NCBI GenBank assembly: GCA_027923505.1
Contig: BROI01000008.1
Coordinates: 434,001 to 498,000, forward strand
From: Mayamaea pseudoterrestris
Taxonomy: Eukaryota
Length of the DNA stretch: 64,000 nucleotides
Direction: 5' to 3'
Numbering within the stretch: position 1 is the stretch's first letter; each line of letters opens with the position of its first letter. Both the position numbers and the translations under genes were made by a program. The notes beneath the pieces are model-generated. The model saw only the letters and a list, made by a program, of their open reading frames with translations, ran no database searches and was not told where the DNA came from. This document shows positions 11,747-22,837 of the stretch, one piece after another.

Positions 11747-14239
11747 TTAGCAAGAGTCGTCTAGAGGGACCGGGAGAAGTGGCAAAAAAATCTCTTGGTC
11801 GTCGGTCACTGAAAGGTCCAGCTCCTGAATATAACTCATGGCGGCCTCATAACATGCCAAGTAGTATCCGATCTCGCCAATCTTATTGATGGGGTCGCAA
11901 AGTGTTTTCAGTAGCACACCCAAAGCGCATGGACGATCCAAGTCCGCCTTGACCATGCAATATATGAATATGGGAAGAAAATTGTCGGCGCCGAGGTTGG
12001 GCGACCGAGAAGTAGCAAGTCCTTCTTGACCCAAATGTGTGGCGCCGTGCTCCGACGAGACTAGCCGCGATATTTCACGAGCCGCTTCGACGATGGCACG
12101 AAGCTTGACGCAAGGTAGCGTGCTCTGGCCGACCCCCTCCTTCAAAATACTACAGACGGTGGACCAGCCCGTCGGACTCAGCATGCCTTCTGCAATCCGA
12201 AATCTAACCTGTGGACGTTTACGTAACTCGCTGATCTTAAACTGTATCTCAATATCCTCGTGTCTCCAGCCATTGACCAGCCATCGGGACATAACGCCTC
12301 TAAGAGGCACGTAGACCTCGATTTCGATTTGCTCCCTGACGGCCTCACGGACTAGTGTTTCCCATAACACGACTCCATTAGGCCCCGCAAACGACTCATT
12401 TAGAACTCTATACTCGTCCCACTCGCCAATAGATTGAAAATCATTCATGCAACCTTCTATTATCATGTTTTGAAGTTGGTCCAGAAACGTTCTCGCTTCA
12501 TCGAGACTTTCCATCGCTCGGTTTTTTAATACCGAGCGTCCTTGCGACTCAAGAAATTCAAGTTCCTCCAGGCGTGGCCCCTTTGCTCGAGTATTTTCTA
12601 TGAACGCTTTAATCACCTTCTGTACGCCTTCAAGAAGCATGAGTCTATATGTGAATTGCTGGATGCTCCGCTTCAGCGACCTCAAAACAACACTCGAGTC
12701 CAGCATGTCCTTAGAATGCATCGCAGGGTTAGCGAGAGTCATTTCGCAGCCAAGAAACGATTGAACGTAGACGAGCGCTTCGACGACATTTGGATTCAAA
12801 TGTTCTTTGTAAATCATGGAACAAAGAAAATGTAAAAAGTGCTCAAGTTGACGGCATTTTGACTGGCCGGTAGTGATCGTTTCTTTTCTTAACGGGCTGC
12901 CGAAAAGCGAATATGCTTGTCTCGGAAATGGAAGTTCAGCAATACAGCCGTGTAAATCCGTCACAAGTGCTTTAAGATCGCAAAAATCTCGGAGGTAGCG
13001 AATGGGTGCGTACCACTCAACTCCAGTTTCAATGTCATAAACCCAGATTGTGTAGGCGGTCTCGTTGCCATCCAAAAAAGAATTGACAATATGCACACAT
13101 AATGCCTTTCGAACATTAGCAAGAGGAAAACTAAAAGACGGGGTGCTTTCCCATTGTAGCGCTCTCTCTGTATACTGATAAAGCATGTTAGTGTTGCTAC
13201 GTTCCGCCTCGTAGGAATTGAGGATGCCCTTGACACGAAGAAGCGCAACAAAGGGATGGACTAGAGGCCGTTTAGATATCCAGTTCAAGGGCGTCGAGTT
13301 AAAGGTTGTATCACTTGGCGGTGTTGACGTTTGCGATGAAGCATCTGAGATAGTGAATTTCAATCGAGGAGCATGGGTGTCCTGCACATCAACCGGCGAC
13401 TTCACGCCTTGTGGAATTAATTCTTTTCGAAACAAATGCAGCACAACAGGATCGTCTGACTCCTTTATGGCTCGCACAGCGTGCTGCAGCAAGGTTTCAT
13501 CCGGCAGTACCCCTTCAAAAAGTGCAGTTCCATTAATGCCAATTAAAGCATCACCAGGAGATATCTGGGCGAGTATTGCAGGACCTTTAACTTTTTCAAT
13601 GGCATCTAGCGACAGTGTCCGCACCCGACAATTTCGACTCGTCAACGAGTGTACCCAGATACTGCCATTCAGCTCACATAGCGTTAGGCCAAGCCCGATG
13701 TCAGGATCGCGGAAAATTGCTCTCGTGTAATAGTGTTGCAAATTGATTGGACCTTCCTTTGCTAAATCTCTGAAAAGCATATGCTGCTGCATTGCTCGCT
13801 TTTCTAAGTCGTCCACCAGCTGATAGTGCCACTGGCCGCTGTCTTCGTCCAGTTTGCGAATTGCCATGCTTGGTGGTAAACGGAGGAAGTCGTGAGGTAA
13901 TGTAATGTGCTTTCTCCAATAAATCTCCGCAACTCTTTCCTCGGCAGATAGTTCATCCATGATCCTTCGTCCCAGCTTAGATATTGGCAACAAATACGCT
14001 CGTTTTCTCTCGTTCGACCCCCTCTGGGTTGTCGGGGATGTGGTCCGTTGCTTCTCACCGACTCGCTCTCGATGAAGCTCCTTAAGTTCCACTGTTGATA
14101 ATTCAGGAAATATTTGACGCAAAAGACAGATAGCTTCGGCATCGTCTTCAACAGCGCAGGTGTCTAGCTCAACCAATGCAACTGAATTTGAAGAAGAATT
14201 CCTTGTCAAACAAGCACGCATCGGCTGACTCTCGTCCAT
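11747..14239 (-). CDS. PDZ-PX-VPS9 domain protein (putative Rab5 GEF)
   Basis: PDZ (GLGLTL...GPAILAQISPGDALIGING), PX-like (YTIWVYD..RYLRDF..LPFP) and VPS9 (GADNFLPIFIY..GEIGYYL) motifs are present. A possible CUE-like segment (LRQIFPEL) lies near the N-terminus. Confidence 0.8.
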   Translation of the reverse strand: MDESQPMRACLTRNSSSNSVALVELDTCAVEDDAEAICLLRQIFPELSTVELKELHRERVGEKQRTTSPTTQRGSNERKRAYLLPISKLGRRIMDELSAEERVAEIYWRKHITLPHDFLRLPPSMAIRKLDEDSGQWHYQLVDDLEKRAMQQHMLFRDLAKEGPINLQHYYTRAIFRDPDIGLGLTLCELNGSIWVHSLTSRNCRVRTLSLDAIEKVKGPAILAQISPGDALIGINGTALFEGVLPDETLLQHAVRAIKESDDPVVLHLFRKELIPQGVKSPVDVQDTHAPRLKFTISDASSQTSTPPSDTTFNSTPLNWISKRPLVHPFVALLRVKGILNSYEAERSNTNMLYQYTERALQWESTPSFSFPLANVRKALCVHIVNSFLDGNETAYTIWVYDIETGVEWYAPIRYLRDFCDLKALVTDLHGCIAELPFPRQAYSLFGSPLRKETITTGQSKCRQLEHFLHFLCSMIYKEHLNPNVVEALVYVQSFLGCEMTLANPAMHSKDMLDSSVVLRSLKRSIQQFTYRLMLLEGVQKVIKAFIENTRAKGPRLEELEFLESQGRSVLKNRAMESLDEARTFLDQLQNMIIEGCMNDFQSIGEWDEYRVLNESFAGPNGVVLWETLVREAVREQIEIEVYVPLRGVMSRWLVNGWRHEDIEIQFKISELRKRPQVRFRIAEGMLSPTGWSTVCSILKEGVGQSTLPCVKLRAIVEAAREISRLVSSEHGATHLGQEGLATSRSPNLGADNFLPIFIYCMVKADLDRPCALGVLLKTLCDPINKIGEIGYYLACYEAAMSYIQELDLSVTDDQEIFLPLLPVPLDDSC

Positions 14240-14599
14240 GATGTTGGATGACGAATGACGACTGCTGTTGTTGACTCTGTATTGACGCCAATGAATGCAA
14301 TCGCTCACATCCGAGAGTCTTGGCAGCGCGGGAGCCCAACGTATAAGTACTTTATCATCATCGTCTCAGGAACGAAAGGAATATGCATCCATCACGACAA
14401 AGCGATGCGTTTCATCTTTGTTGTTGTCGCAATGTTAATGACCTTATTGGCACGATTCGTACGCGTACGACGTACGACTCGCTTCGTGGCCTGGAAGCGA
14501 TAGTCTCTCGCCACAATGCTGGCTAATAGCTATCGCGTATGTTATGGATGAACCACTAATTGTACTCTTTTATCGACAGTATGGATATCGTATGATTGC

Positions 14600-16810
14600 T
14601 TAAAGGTAAGGCATTGGTCCTCCGCTCCAAGTATTTGCCCGCACGAGGCCTTTTTTCAAGGTGGGCATATGCGGCATGGCATGCATGTTCATGTGACGTG
14701 CTTGCGCAGCGAGCTGCTCATTGGCTTGCATTACTTTGGATTTTTCGACAAAGAGTGCTTTTTGCTCGTCGCTCAACAGTTGCGGGTGTTCGAGAAGCTT
14801 GCTCGCGGATGGACGATTCTCTGCTACGGGATTCATCATGTGCCGAATCAGAGTGTTCATGTCATGCCGCGTATTCGGTAGCGGCAATAACTTTCCGGCT
14901 CGAATATCCTGCCATTCTTGTCCATCCATCGGTAATGGTCGACCAAGACAAATCTCGTACAGTGTTGCACCCAGAGAAAAGATGTCACTTTTGGTCAAAT
15001 CGCTGTGATTGCCGCTCAAGAGCTCAAGAGACATGAATCGCGAGTCTCCCTCCTCAACATCTTCGTGAATTGACGCGAGTGTGACAAGGCCGAAATCGGC
15101 CAGCTTGTATTGATCATTCTTGAGTAAAATATTAGGAGGTTTGATATCCAGATGCACCATGTCTTGGCGATGGATAAACTCCAAGGCAAGCAGCATTTCG
15201 CGAAGAAGCTTGAACCGACGATGGTCGCTAAAGGGCCCCGAGGCAATTTCATTGCTCAAAGTCGACGAGCAGAGTTCCGTTTGAATGTACAACAAGTTGT
15301 CCTCCATCCATGCTTGGTGGTAGCGCACAATATGAAAGGTAGCAGTGTCCGCTTGGTCAGAGAGTGCAGCCAAAGCGTAAACCTGTAATCATGAGATGCA
15401 AATTTTAGTGCAATCTCATCATCAAGTACGATGCGATGCAGTACAAGGGATACACATTTAAATACGACTCACCTCTTTCAACATGCGATCGCGATCCATT
15501 GCTCCGCGAGCAGCCCTTTTTCCCTTTTTAACCGCGTACATACATCCATCCAGCCGACTAAGGACTTTGTAAACTGTTCCAAAGCATCCTGTCCCAATGA
15601 CATCAAGAACGTCGTAATCAGTGTAGAATCGAGACTTGCGTCCGTTGTTTGTCTCGTCTTCCTCGTCCATGTTCATGTTAACGTACTGGCCTGGATGCGG
15701 GGTTCGAGCTGGTGGCAAGGAATTGGCAGTCGTCCGACGCTCCACAAAGGGAGTGCTCGGATCCTGTCTGCGAATGGATGGATAAGCGGATCTGTTCGGC
15801 TTGGCCTTGACGGGAGTTGGCGGCGGAAAGCTCATGGCATCTGTTGGACTGATTTCTCGTTTCAATAGTGCATCATCAAGTGAAGCTTGTTTGGTATCAA
15901 TCAACAATTGCTTCGTGGCCGGGAATGAACTGAATGAGGTGGCAACATGCTGCTCCGACGCGGCGACGACATCGTCCGACATGCGCAACCTTCGTACTTT
16001 CATCAAGCTCTCGTTTTTGGACGGTGCCGTGGCCAAGTCTTCGTGAATTGGTGAGCCCGTAAAGGAGAAGCGTCTGTCGGGAAAGCCAGAAAACAAAGCA
16101 TCGTCGCCCATTGAAACTGACGGACTATCGGTAGGGAATCGTTTCGACGAAGGTGCTGCTGCGCGGTGACGAGGCGGAATGGCTGCCATCTTGTGATTGT
16201 CTTGATCGCTCGCGTAGAAAGAAAGCGGCATGGAAGGACCAGGAGCAGCCGAAGTAGCCCAAACGGTATCCTCCTCCATCATCATGGGCGAGCTAAAGGG
16301 ATTTTTCGACTCGACGTATCGGCCATCCATGGTGAGAAATGCATTGGGTGACTTGTGGGGCGACATTTGCATCATCATGGAATCTCCTCCTGCAAAAGCT
16401 CTTCCAGGCGAATTTGGTCGGTCAGCCGATGTTCGCTTTCTTCCGTGTACGGGAGGAAGAGTGAACGAGTGAATATTATTCGAGTTGCCTGGCCCCGGGC
16501 TATATCCAAAATCCATGCCGAGATTGAGTGGCCGAAGGGTTGGCCGTTGCGCCGATGGAGGCGACAAATCAATGTCACTTCCATCATCAAAGAGTCGACG
16601 ACTTTCTTCAGTAGACTTTCGGCCTAGACTGACACGGGAGCGTCGGCTTTGACTGCTGCTACCGCTGGAGTGTTGTGACTGAGGAGGACTGCCGGTAGAG
16701 AGAATTGAGTCTTCCTCCATCATGATGGTAGCCAAGGACTCGACTTCTGACGTTGTTGTCGTCATGCTCATGAGACTAGATCGACCTTCCTTGAACGGCG
16801 TCATGTTCAT
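14600..16810 (-). CDS. WEE1: Wee1-like protein kinase
   Basis: IGTGCFGTV, YAVKK, HLDIKPPNI, DFG and the Wee1-type EEGDSRFM motif are present. Intron 15383..15472 gives MLKEVYALAAL. The long N-terminus is Ser/Pro-rich. Confidence 0.9.
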
Positions 16811-17512
16811 GAGTAGTGTCGTTCGGGTTGGAAAAGTTAGCAGCCACAGCGTTACTTCGTAAGGCGCGTCTGGCGTAAGATATTGATGCGGAAGCTGATG
16901 ACAGGCGGTGACTGAATAGAACAAAAAGTGCGTCTGTCGTCTTTTCCTTTCGCCTTTTATCCACTTGCAATTCTAGTATCCTCTACACTGATGAAACAAC
17001 ACAACGTGACTTCGAATGTCGCTCCTAATTTGTTTGACAAGCGGTTGTGTTTCAAAATGCATTTGGAGAGCCAAGGAGGTCGCAAACAAGACCGACCATG
17101 CCGATCATTGGAGGGACGATCGCGCAACGGCGAAATGAGCTAAAATAGTCGCAATCAGTCGCAGTCCGACACGGATGTTTACCGCTTTACTAAAACACGC
17201 TTGGAAACTGCTTGCTGCCCTTGCTCGTCGAAGCAGCAACATCCAAAAGAGAAAGCCGAAGTTGCTTCTGCGTTGTTTGATCAAGGTACGCTAATTCTTT
17301 AACATTCGATAACTCGAGAGTAAAATAAGACTCTGCGCTTGCTTGCTGAAGTGGTTACAGAGGGTGAAGAGGAACGAGCAACCGAGTCATTCGGTGTGGT
17401 CAGGTCGCAGGTTCATCGTTTGTGTTATCGGTATGCTTTTCCATCGCAACGCCTATCATCATGCCTTTCAACTCATTGGTTGCGCTATCTTTTTTTCGTA
17501 GTCACAACAATC

Positions 17513-17857
17513 ATGGCAAAGACAAAGACTGATCTCGTCACACGAGACTACACCATTCACCTTTCAAAGCGCGTGCACAAGCTTCAATTCAAGCGTCGCG
17601 CTCCACGAGCTGTCAAGGAAATCAAGGCGTTTGCAACAAAGGCAATGAACACAAAAGACGTTCGCATTGACTCCGCCTTGAACAAGTACATTTGGAAGCA
17701 AGGCATCAAGAATGTTCCCACCCGAGTCCGCGTGCGCCTCAGTCGAAAGATTAACGATGATGAAGAGGCAGACGAAAAGCTTTACACACTGGCACAATTG
17801 ATTGAAGTTGACTCTTTCAAAGGACTTCAGACGGAGGAAAAGACTGACGAGGCATAG
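17513..17857 (+). CDS. RPL31: 60S ribosomal protein L31 (eL31)
   Basis: VTRDYTIHLSKRVH..FKRRAPRAVKEI..DVRID..LNKYIWKQGIKNVPTRVRVR. A probable 5'UTR intron lies at 17286..17501. Confidence 0.97.
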   Translation: MAKTKTDLVTRDYTIHLSKRVHKLQFKRRAPRAVKEIKAFATKAMNTKDVRIDSALNKYIWKQGIKNVPTRVRVRLSRKINDDEEADEKLYTLAQLIEVDSFKGLQTEEKTDEA

Positions 17858-17988
17858 ATACGTATAATCGGTAACTTGCTCCTTACTCTCGTTCTTCGCT
17901 ATCGTACAAATGCAATCATAATCAATATCTAGCGTAAACTATAAAAGTACGATATGCATTCAAACATCCATGCCAGTTATTCAATTCT

Positions 17989-18585
17989 CTATGCGTACTG
18001 AACACTCAAGCGACGCTCCAACTTGGGTGTCAGACGCGAGTTTGTATCTCGCGGCACCTGCTGCGAGCACGTCCGTCGAGGCGGCTTGCGTCGACTCTCC
18101 TCCCGGCCCTTGTATAAACCCTTGTGTGAAACACCTTCAGCATGAGTTAATAGTTGGGTTCGATAAAAGCGAGCTGCCTTGGTTTGGTAGCGCTTCGTCG
18201 GCATATCGCCCATTTCATGTCGCTCAAAGAAAGTTTGGAGCTGTGCATTGCCGCCTTCAAGCATGCTCAAAATCTGCAAGTGGGTCCAGCTATCCATGGA
18301 AATACTACGAACAGTCGACGTTCGAACGCCGTAGGATCGATGCCGTCCACTACAGCGTAAACAGATCAATGAGCCAAAGCTTACCGACGCCCAGTCAGGG
18401 TTGGGACTACCGCAATCGACGCAGGCGGCATTCCCTGGGAGCTCCTTGAGAAGCTTGCAACATGCTACTCCAAACCTGCCTCCTTCATGAGCTGGAAGGT
18501 TTCGAAGTTCCTCCAGCTCCTGCGCGGCGCGGGAGACAATCAACGAGGATGAATCTTCCGTCAGTGCATTACTGCTTGGACGCAT
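17989..18585 (-). CDS. ArfGAP domain protein
   Basis: GNAACVDCGSPNPDWAS..ICLRCSGRHRSYGV..VRSISMDSW..MLEGGN, i.e. the CX2CX16CX2CX4R motif. Confidence 0.92.
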   Translation of the reverse strand: MRPSSNALTEDSSSLIVSRAAQELEELRNLPAHEGGRFGVACCKLLKELPGNAACVDCGSPNPDWASVSFGSLICLRCSGRHRSYGVRTSTVRSISMDSWTHLQILSMLEGGNAQLQTFFERHEMGDMPTKRYQTKAARFYRTQLLTHAEGVSHKGLYKGREESRRKPPRRTCSQQVPRDTNSRLTPKLERRLSVQYA

Positions 18586-19493
18586 GTTCACTGTTCCTGG
18601 CCAAGGAATGACCGACCGACTGGTTTTGCCTGCCTTGGCAGTGAATTGAATATGAAATCCAGGTTGATTGCTTCTTGCTAGTGTTGTATCGGTATTAGCT
18701 GATTGCGGGCAGTTGGATGCGATATTCTTTCACAGTTCACCGTTCGTAGCACAAAGCCTACTCCATCTGGACTCCGTCGCTCATCTTTTATCGACTTGTA
18801 GGCTTCGGTACGAAAAGCTTCATGCAGCATTCGGCTGGCAACCACGAAAAACGGACGTCGCAATTCAAATTCAATAGCCCCGCGCGCCATTGATGAAAGG
18901 CCGAAATGATTTGAACGGCCTGCGCACCTCGTCAGAGGCAACATCTGCCCCATGGACCACTCATTTCTGAAAATGGAATCACGGACATGTGCCAAGATAC
19001 CAGGAAAGAGTTATCGACACGAAAAGGTGACTCTCCCACTGACGTCACAAGCGAGATTCTCCGCTTAGCCCCAAAGCGAAGGCATATAACCAGCAAGACC
19101 AATTTACTTAACGGATTACGATCAGCCACGAAAGTCTACGAGCGCTACGTGACGAACCGTGCAGCTTAGACCTTTCATCGCCTTCGCTTGATTCAACCGC
19201 ACATAATCCTTGCCTGGAGCGGTCCTGTCACTGCCTGACACCAAACGTTCCTTTCTTGCTCCATCTTACAATATAAGCCTTGCCGAACGAGCATTTTCAT
19301 CTTAGCAGGTCCCAAGCAGGTGAGTTGTTTAAACAATTGCGCATTGATCCATTGCGAGCCCTCGATGCTTGTACGTCAAGCTGTTGATTGTAGACCGTTG
19401 GACGATTCGACGTTCCATTCCTTCTTGCAATCATCACTCGAACCACTTACCCAAATCATTACGTACAACGATCTTGAATCTTGACGCAGGATT

Positions 19494-20855
19494 ATGATGA
19501 ATCGTCCTTCTGTTCCTCACGCTCAAGCGGGTGATGGTAATAATCATTTGGAGCCTGGCAACGCCGGACCTGCCGCTTCTGCTGCTGCTGGCTTTCGCGG
19601 CCAGCCATTTCCCAGCTACCAGGCGCAGCAAATGATGGCCATGGGCGGCATGGGAATGGGAATGCCTTCTGGCGTTGGAGGCGTCCCGACTAATATGCAA
19701 CATATGCAGAGTATGCTGCAAATGCCCATGGACGCTCATCACTACATGGATCAGCAGCCACTTTCGCCAGGCATGTCTCTCGCGGCTGCGCAACGCATGC
19801 AGATGAGCACCAATACTGCACAGGCACTCTATAACAGCATGACGGGTCAGACACCGGCGTCTCCAGCCTTTCACCCAATGGATGCCAGTATGGCGGAAGG
19901 GCATCGCATCTTAGCACAGCAGCAGCAACACCACGGGCAGCAGCCAATGCAGCAACAGCATCATGACCGCGAGGAGGAGCTCTTGCTCAACTTGTTGATT
20001 TCTCGCCGCCAGCGAGGCCAAACTACCCCGGGAATCGACGGTCGCAATTTGTCATTGGCGGAGGAACTCATGCGCATGCGTCGGCAACAACAGGAACAGC
20101 AGCTCCAAATGAGCGCAGGGGGTGGCGCTCAGTTGCCTGGCATGCCGCCCCTTTTCCATCAAGACATGGCCAGTATGAATGCCTTGGCGGAGGGACGGAT
20201 CGATAGGTCTCCGACGCAACTCATGGATGCGCGCTCGCAGGAGATGCTCGAGTATTCTTCGGGGCGTGGAGGCATCAAGCGACCCGTTTACGCGGATCCT
20301 AACGCCTTTAAGTTTCCGCATATGCAGGATGAGGCACCTTCAAAGAAGAAGCGAAAGCATAAGAAGAAGCCAGTTGACATGCCTCGTCGTCCTCTTTCAG
20401 CGTACAACTTATTCTTTTCAGAGGAGCGGGAGCGCATTCTCAAGGAGATTGCTGACAAGGATCCCGCAGCGGCTGATGGAGACGACGACGCCTCAGACAA
20501 GAAGGAGGTTGTTTCCGACGCCGACGAGTCGGAATCGGGCAAGCCTCAGGCACTCGTTCGACCCATTATTCCTGCTGACCGCAAGCGACGGCCTCACCGC
20601 AAAACGCACGGCAAGATTTCCTTCCAGGAACTGGCGCGTTCGGTCGGTGAGCGCTGGAAGGCACTTGACGAAGACCGACGCAAGTACTACCAAGAATTGG
20701 CTAAGGAAGACATGAAGCGACAAAAGGCAGCCATGGAAGATTATTACGCCAAGCAAAACATTCCCACGTCCGCATCGTCGGCGACCTACCAACCAAAAAG
20801 CAGCGACGGCGGTATGGTCAAGCAAGAAGGCATTGGACAGACGCAGATGCTTTAG
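19494..20855 (+). CDS. HMG-box protein with a Gln/Met-rich N-terminus
   Basis: PRRPLSAYNLFFSEER ... HRKTHGKISFQELARSVGERWK form a split HMG box with an acidic insertion. A probable 5'UTR intron lies at 19320..19489. Confidence 0.9.
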   Translation: MMNRPSVPHAQAGDGNNHLEPGNAGPAASAAAGFRGQPFPSYQAQQMMAMGGMGMGMPSGVGGVPTNMQHMQSMLQMPMDAHHYMDQQPLSPGMSLAAAQRMQMSTNTAQALYNSMTGQTPASPAFHPMDASMAEGHRILAQQQQHHGQQPMQQQHHDREEELLLNLLISRRQRGQTTPGIDGRNLSLAEELMRMRRQQQEQQLQMSAGGGAQLPGMPPLFHQDMASMNALAEGRIDRSPTQLMDARSQEMLEYSSGRGGIKRPVYADPNAFKFPHMQDEAPSKKKRKHKKKPVDMPRRPLSAYNLFFSEERERILKEIADKDPAAADGDDDASDKKEVVSDADESESGKPQALVRPIIPADRKRRPHRKTHGKISFQELARSVGERWKALDEDRRKYYQELAKEDMKRQKAAMEDYYAKQNIPTSASSATYQPKSSDGGMVKQEGIGQTQML

Positions 20856-21023
20856 TTGATCAGTTTGCACGTGTTGTTTTGTGTGAGTGGAGTCTATATC
20901 TATCTTAGTTTATTGCTTTTAATTTTTCTTCTTAGTAACTTACGTCATTCTGCCGTAGTCCGGCTTACCGGTACGGGCTTGTTCAAAGATCCGTACAAGT
21001 ACTGTAGTTTTCGCAACTACTAT

Positions 21024-21793
21024 TCAATAAATCACGCCCGTATCGCCATACTTTTGTAATACTCTTTGGCCTTGTTCCTGTAGTATTCTAAACTTGACCG
21101 TAATGCCCGCAGCTTCTAAAGCCCTGTATGATTCGGGGAAGACTGGACCTTCGTTGAAACCAATCGCTTCGGCGTCCGTCTTGGTAGCAGAGCAGTGAAG
21201 CTCCGATACTCCCGACCATAGCACGGACCCTAGGCACATGCAACAAGGCTCACAACTCGTGCACAGTATGTATTCATGCGTTTCGTTGGCAGTCAAGGAG
21301 TGGTTTCGAATCGCTTGTTCGGCGAACTGGATAGCTGTCGTTTCTCCATGTAGCACTGAGTTGGACAAGGGCACGACGCGGTTACATCCACAGGCGACAA
21401 GCGAAGCTATACCAGTGGTTTTTTCTCGGGAGAATATAGCAGTTCCAAACGGTCCACCCGTATTGTGTTCGACATTCATTGCGCTAATATTTATTGCAAC
21501 TTGCATCATGTCGGAATCCGTCATGAAGGCCTTGTCTTTTAATGCAATTTCATAGCGATGCAGCCATTCAGGAAGTGTGACTAAGACTGATCTGTCAGAG
21601 AGAATGGATATGTCGGTTTAATGTAAGGACACGCAAGCAAATAAATGGTAAATCATGCGTGCGACGAGCGACGTGCGACGTACCTCCGTCTAGTCTTCAG
21701 CTTTCTCACGGCCATTGCAGACATTAATGCTGCTGCCGTGGCTGATAATATCAATGCTGTCGTGGTCCATTTTTCAGAGAACACCTTGCTCAT
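21024..21793 (-). CDS. Cytidine/deoxycytidylate deaminase-family zinc enzyme (GuaD-type guanine deaminase-like) with an N-terminal hydrophobic anchor
   Basis: GGPFG, HGE and EPCCMC zinc motifs plus IGFNEG. Intron 21592..21683 joins an upstream exon encoding MSKVFSEKWTTTALILSATAAALMSAMAVRK. Confidence 0.8.
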
Positions 21794-22105
21794 GGTGAAG
21801 TGATGTACTGTTAGTCGTTTGTGGCGTCGACTTGTTCCTCTTCCAACTGCCGATCTTGTTGTAGGAAGCCGCGGCTGTGGGACTACCGGTACTCCAAAGC
21901 AATCCAGTCGTGCTTAATTGTGTTTGGGCCTTTCTGTCAAGGAGATGTCGTACTGTTATTCGCATACGAGGTACGGCGCGTGCATGCTCGTGCAAGGGGC
22001 CGAGTTCTCGTTTGCAGTCGTCGGTCGACTTCGCCCATGGGGTCACTCACACAAACAACCATCATCCTTTGCTCTATATCAATCATCCGATTTCAACTAT
22101 ACTGA

Positions 22106-22684
22106 ATGGAGCTGTTGTCGAATCGTTCCTTGGCGGTAAGCCGCATTTGCAAGGGCAACAGCATTGCCATGAGTAAACTTGTAACTGAGAATTTAGACGA
22201 CGAGGAAGAGTCCCTCGCCGAGACAGCTTCCGTTGACAGCAGCGACTGCGTGGCTTCGTGTTCCTTGCCCTTGCATGATATGCCAGAAATAAGCTCATTA
22301 AATGCTGACTCGATGATGTGTGCGTCGTGTCGACGATGTCAGCTGGCCATGAACCTGGAAAGAAGTTGTTGTCCATATTCTCCCAAGAAAGAAATATTCT
22401 ATACCCGTTGTCAGGTGAGGAGCCACGACTCGGAATTAAGCTGCTGGTTGATTGCTGGCAGTGACATTTATGACGCAACAAGTCTTCTCAAGACGCATCC
22501 TGGCGGGAAGGAATGTATTTTGAGAAAAGCAGGAGGAGTCGACGATTGCTCGCTCGACGTTTACTTTCATTCGCAGCGAGGCCAAGAATTGTGGAAACGG
22601 TATCGGATTGGACGGTTGATTGAATGCGGACAAAAACCTTCATCAACGAGTAATCAGTGGTGGATGTTTTGGTCCAAGGATTAA
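22106..22684 (+). CDS. Cytochrome b5-like heme-binding domain protein
   Basis: CWLIAG..YDAT..HPGG..ILRKAG..FHS..W..YRIGRL. Confidence 0.85.
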   Translation: MELLSNRSLAVSRICKGNSIAMSKLVTENLDDEEESLAETASVDSSDCVASCSLPLHDMPEISSLNADSMMCASCRRCQLAMNLERSCCPYSPKKEIFYTRCQVRSHDSELSCWLIAGSDIYDATSLLKTHPGGKECILRKAGGVDDCSLDVYFHSQRGQELWKRYRIGRLIECGQKPSSTSNQWWMFWSKD

Positions 22685-22837
22685 AACTTCACTGACAGGA
22701 TGATACTTTGTGCCTCGTTGATGCGCACTTCTGCGCCCATTACGGAAACCGGAAACTCGGTGTACGTCATATTGTTCCACGTTAATTGGACCTTTCATAA
22801 AACATGATTTAAAGTACTTATGTTCGAATAGAAAACT

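Noticed and set aside
17339..17512. N-terminal extension of RPL31 in the ORF track
   Set aside because: It starts at TTG within a probable 5'UTR intron. Homology to eL31 begins at the ATG at 17513.
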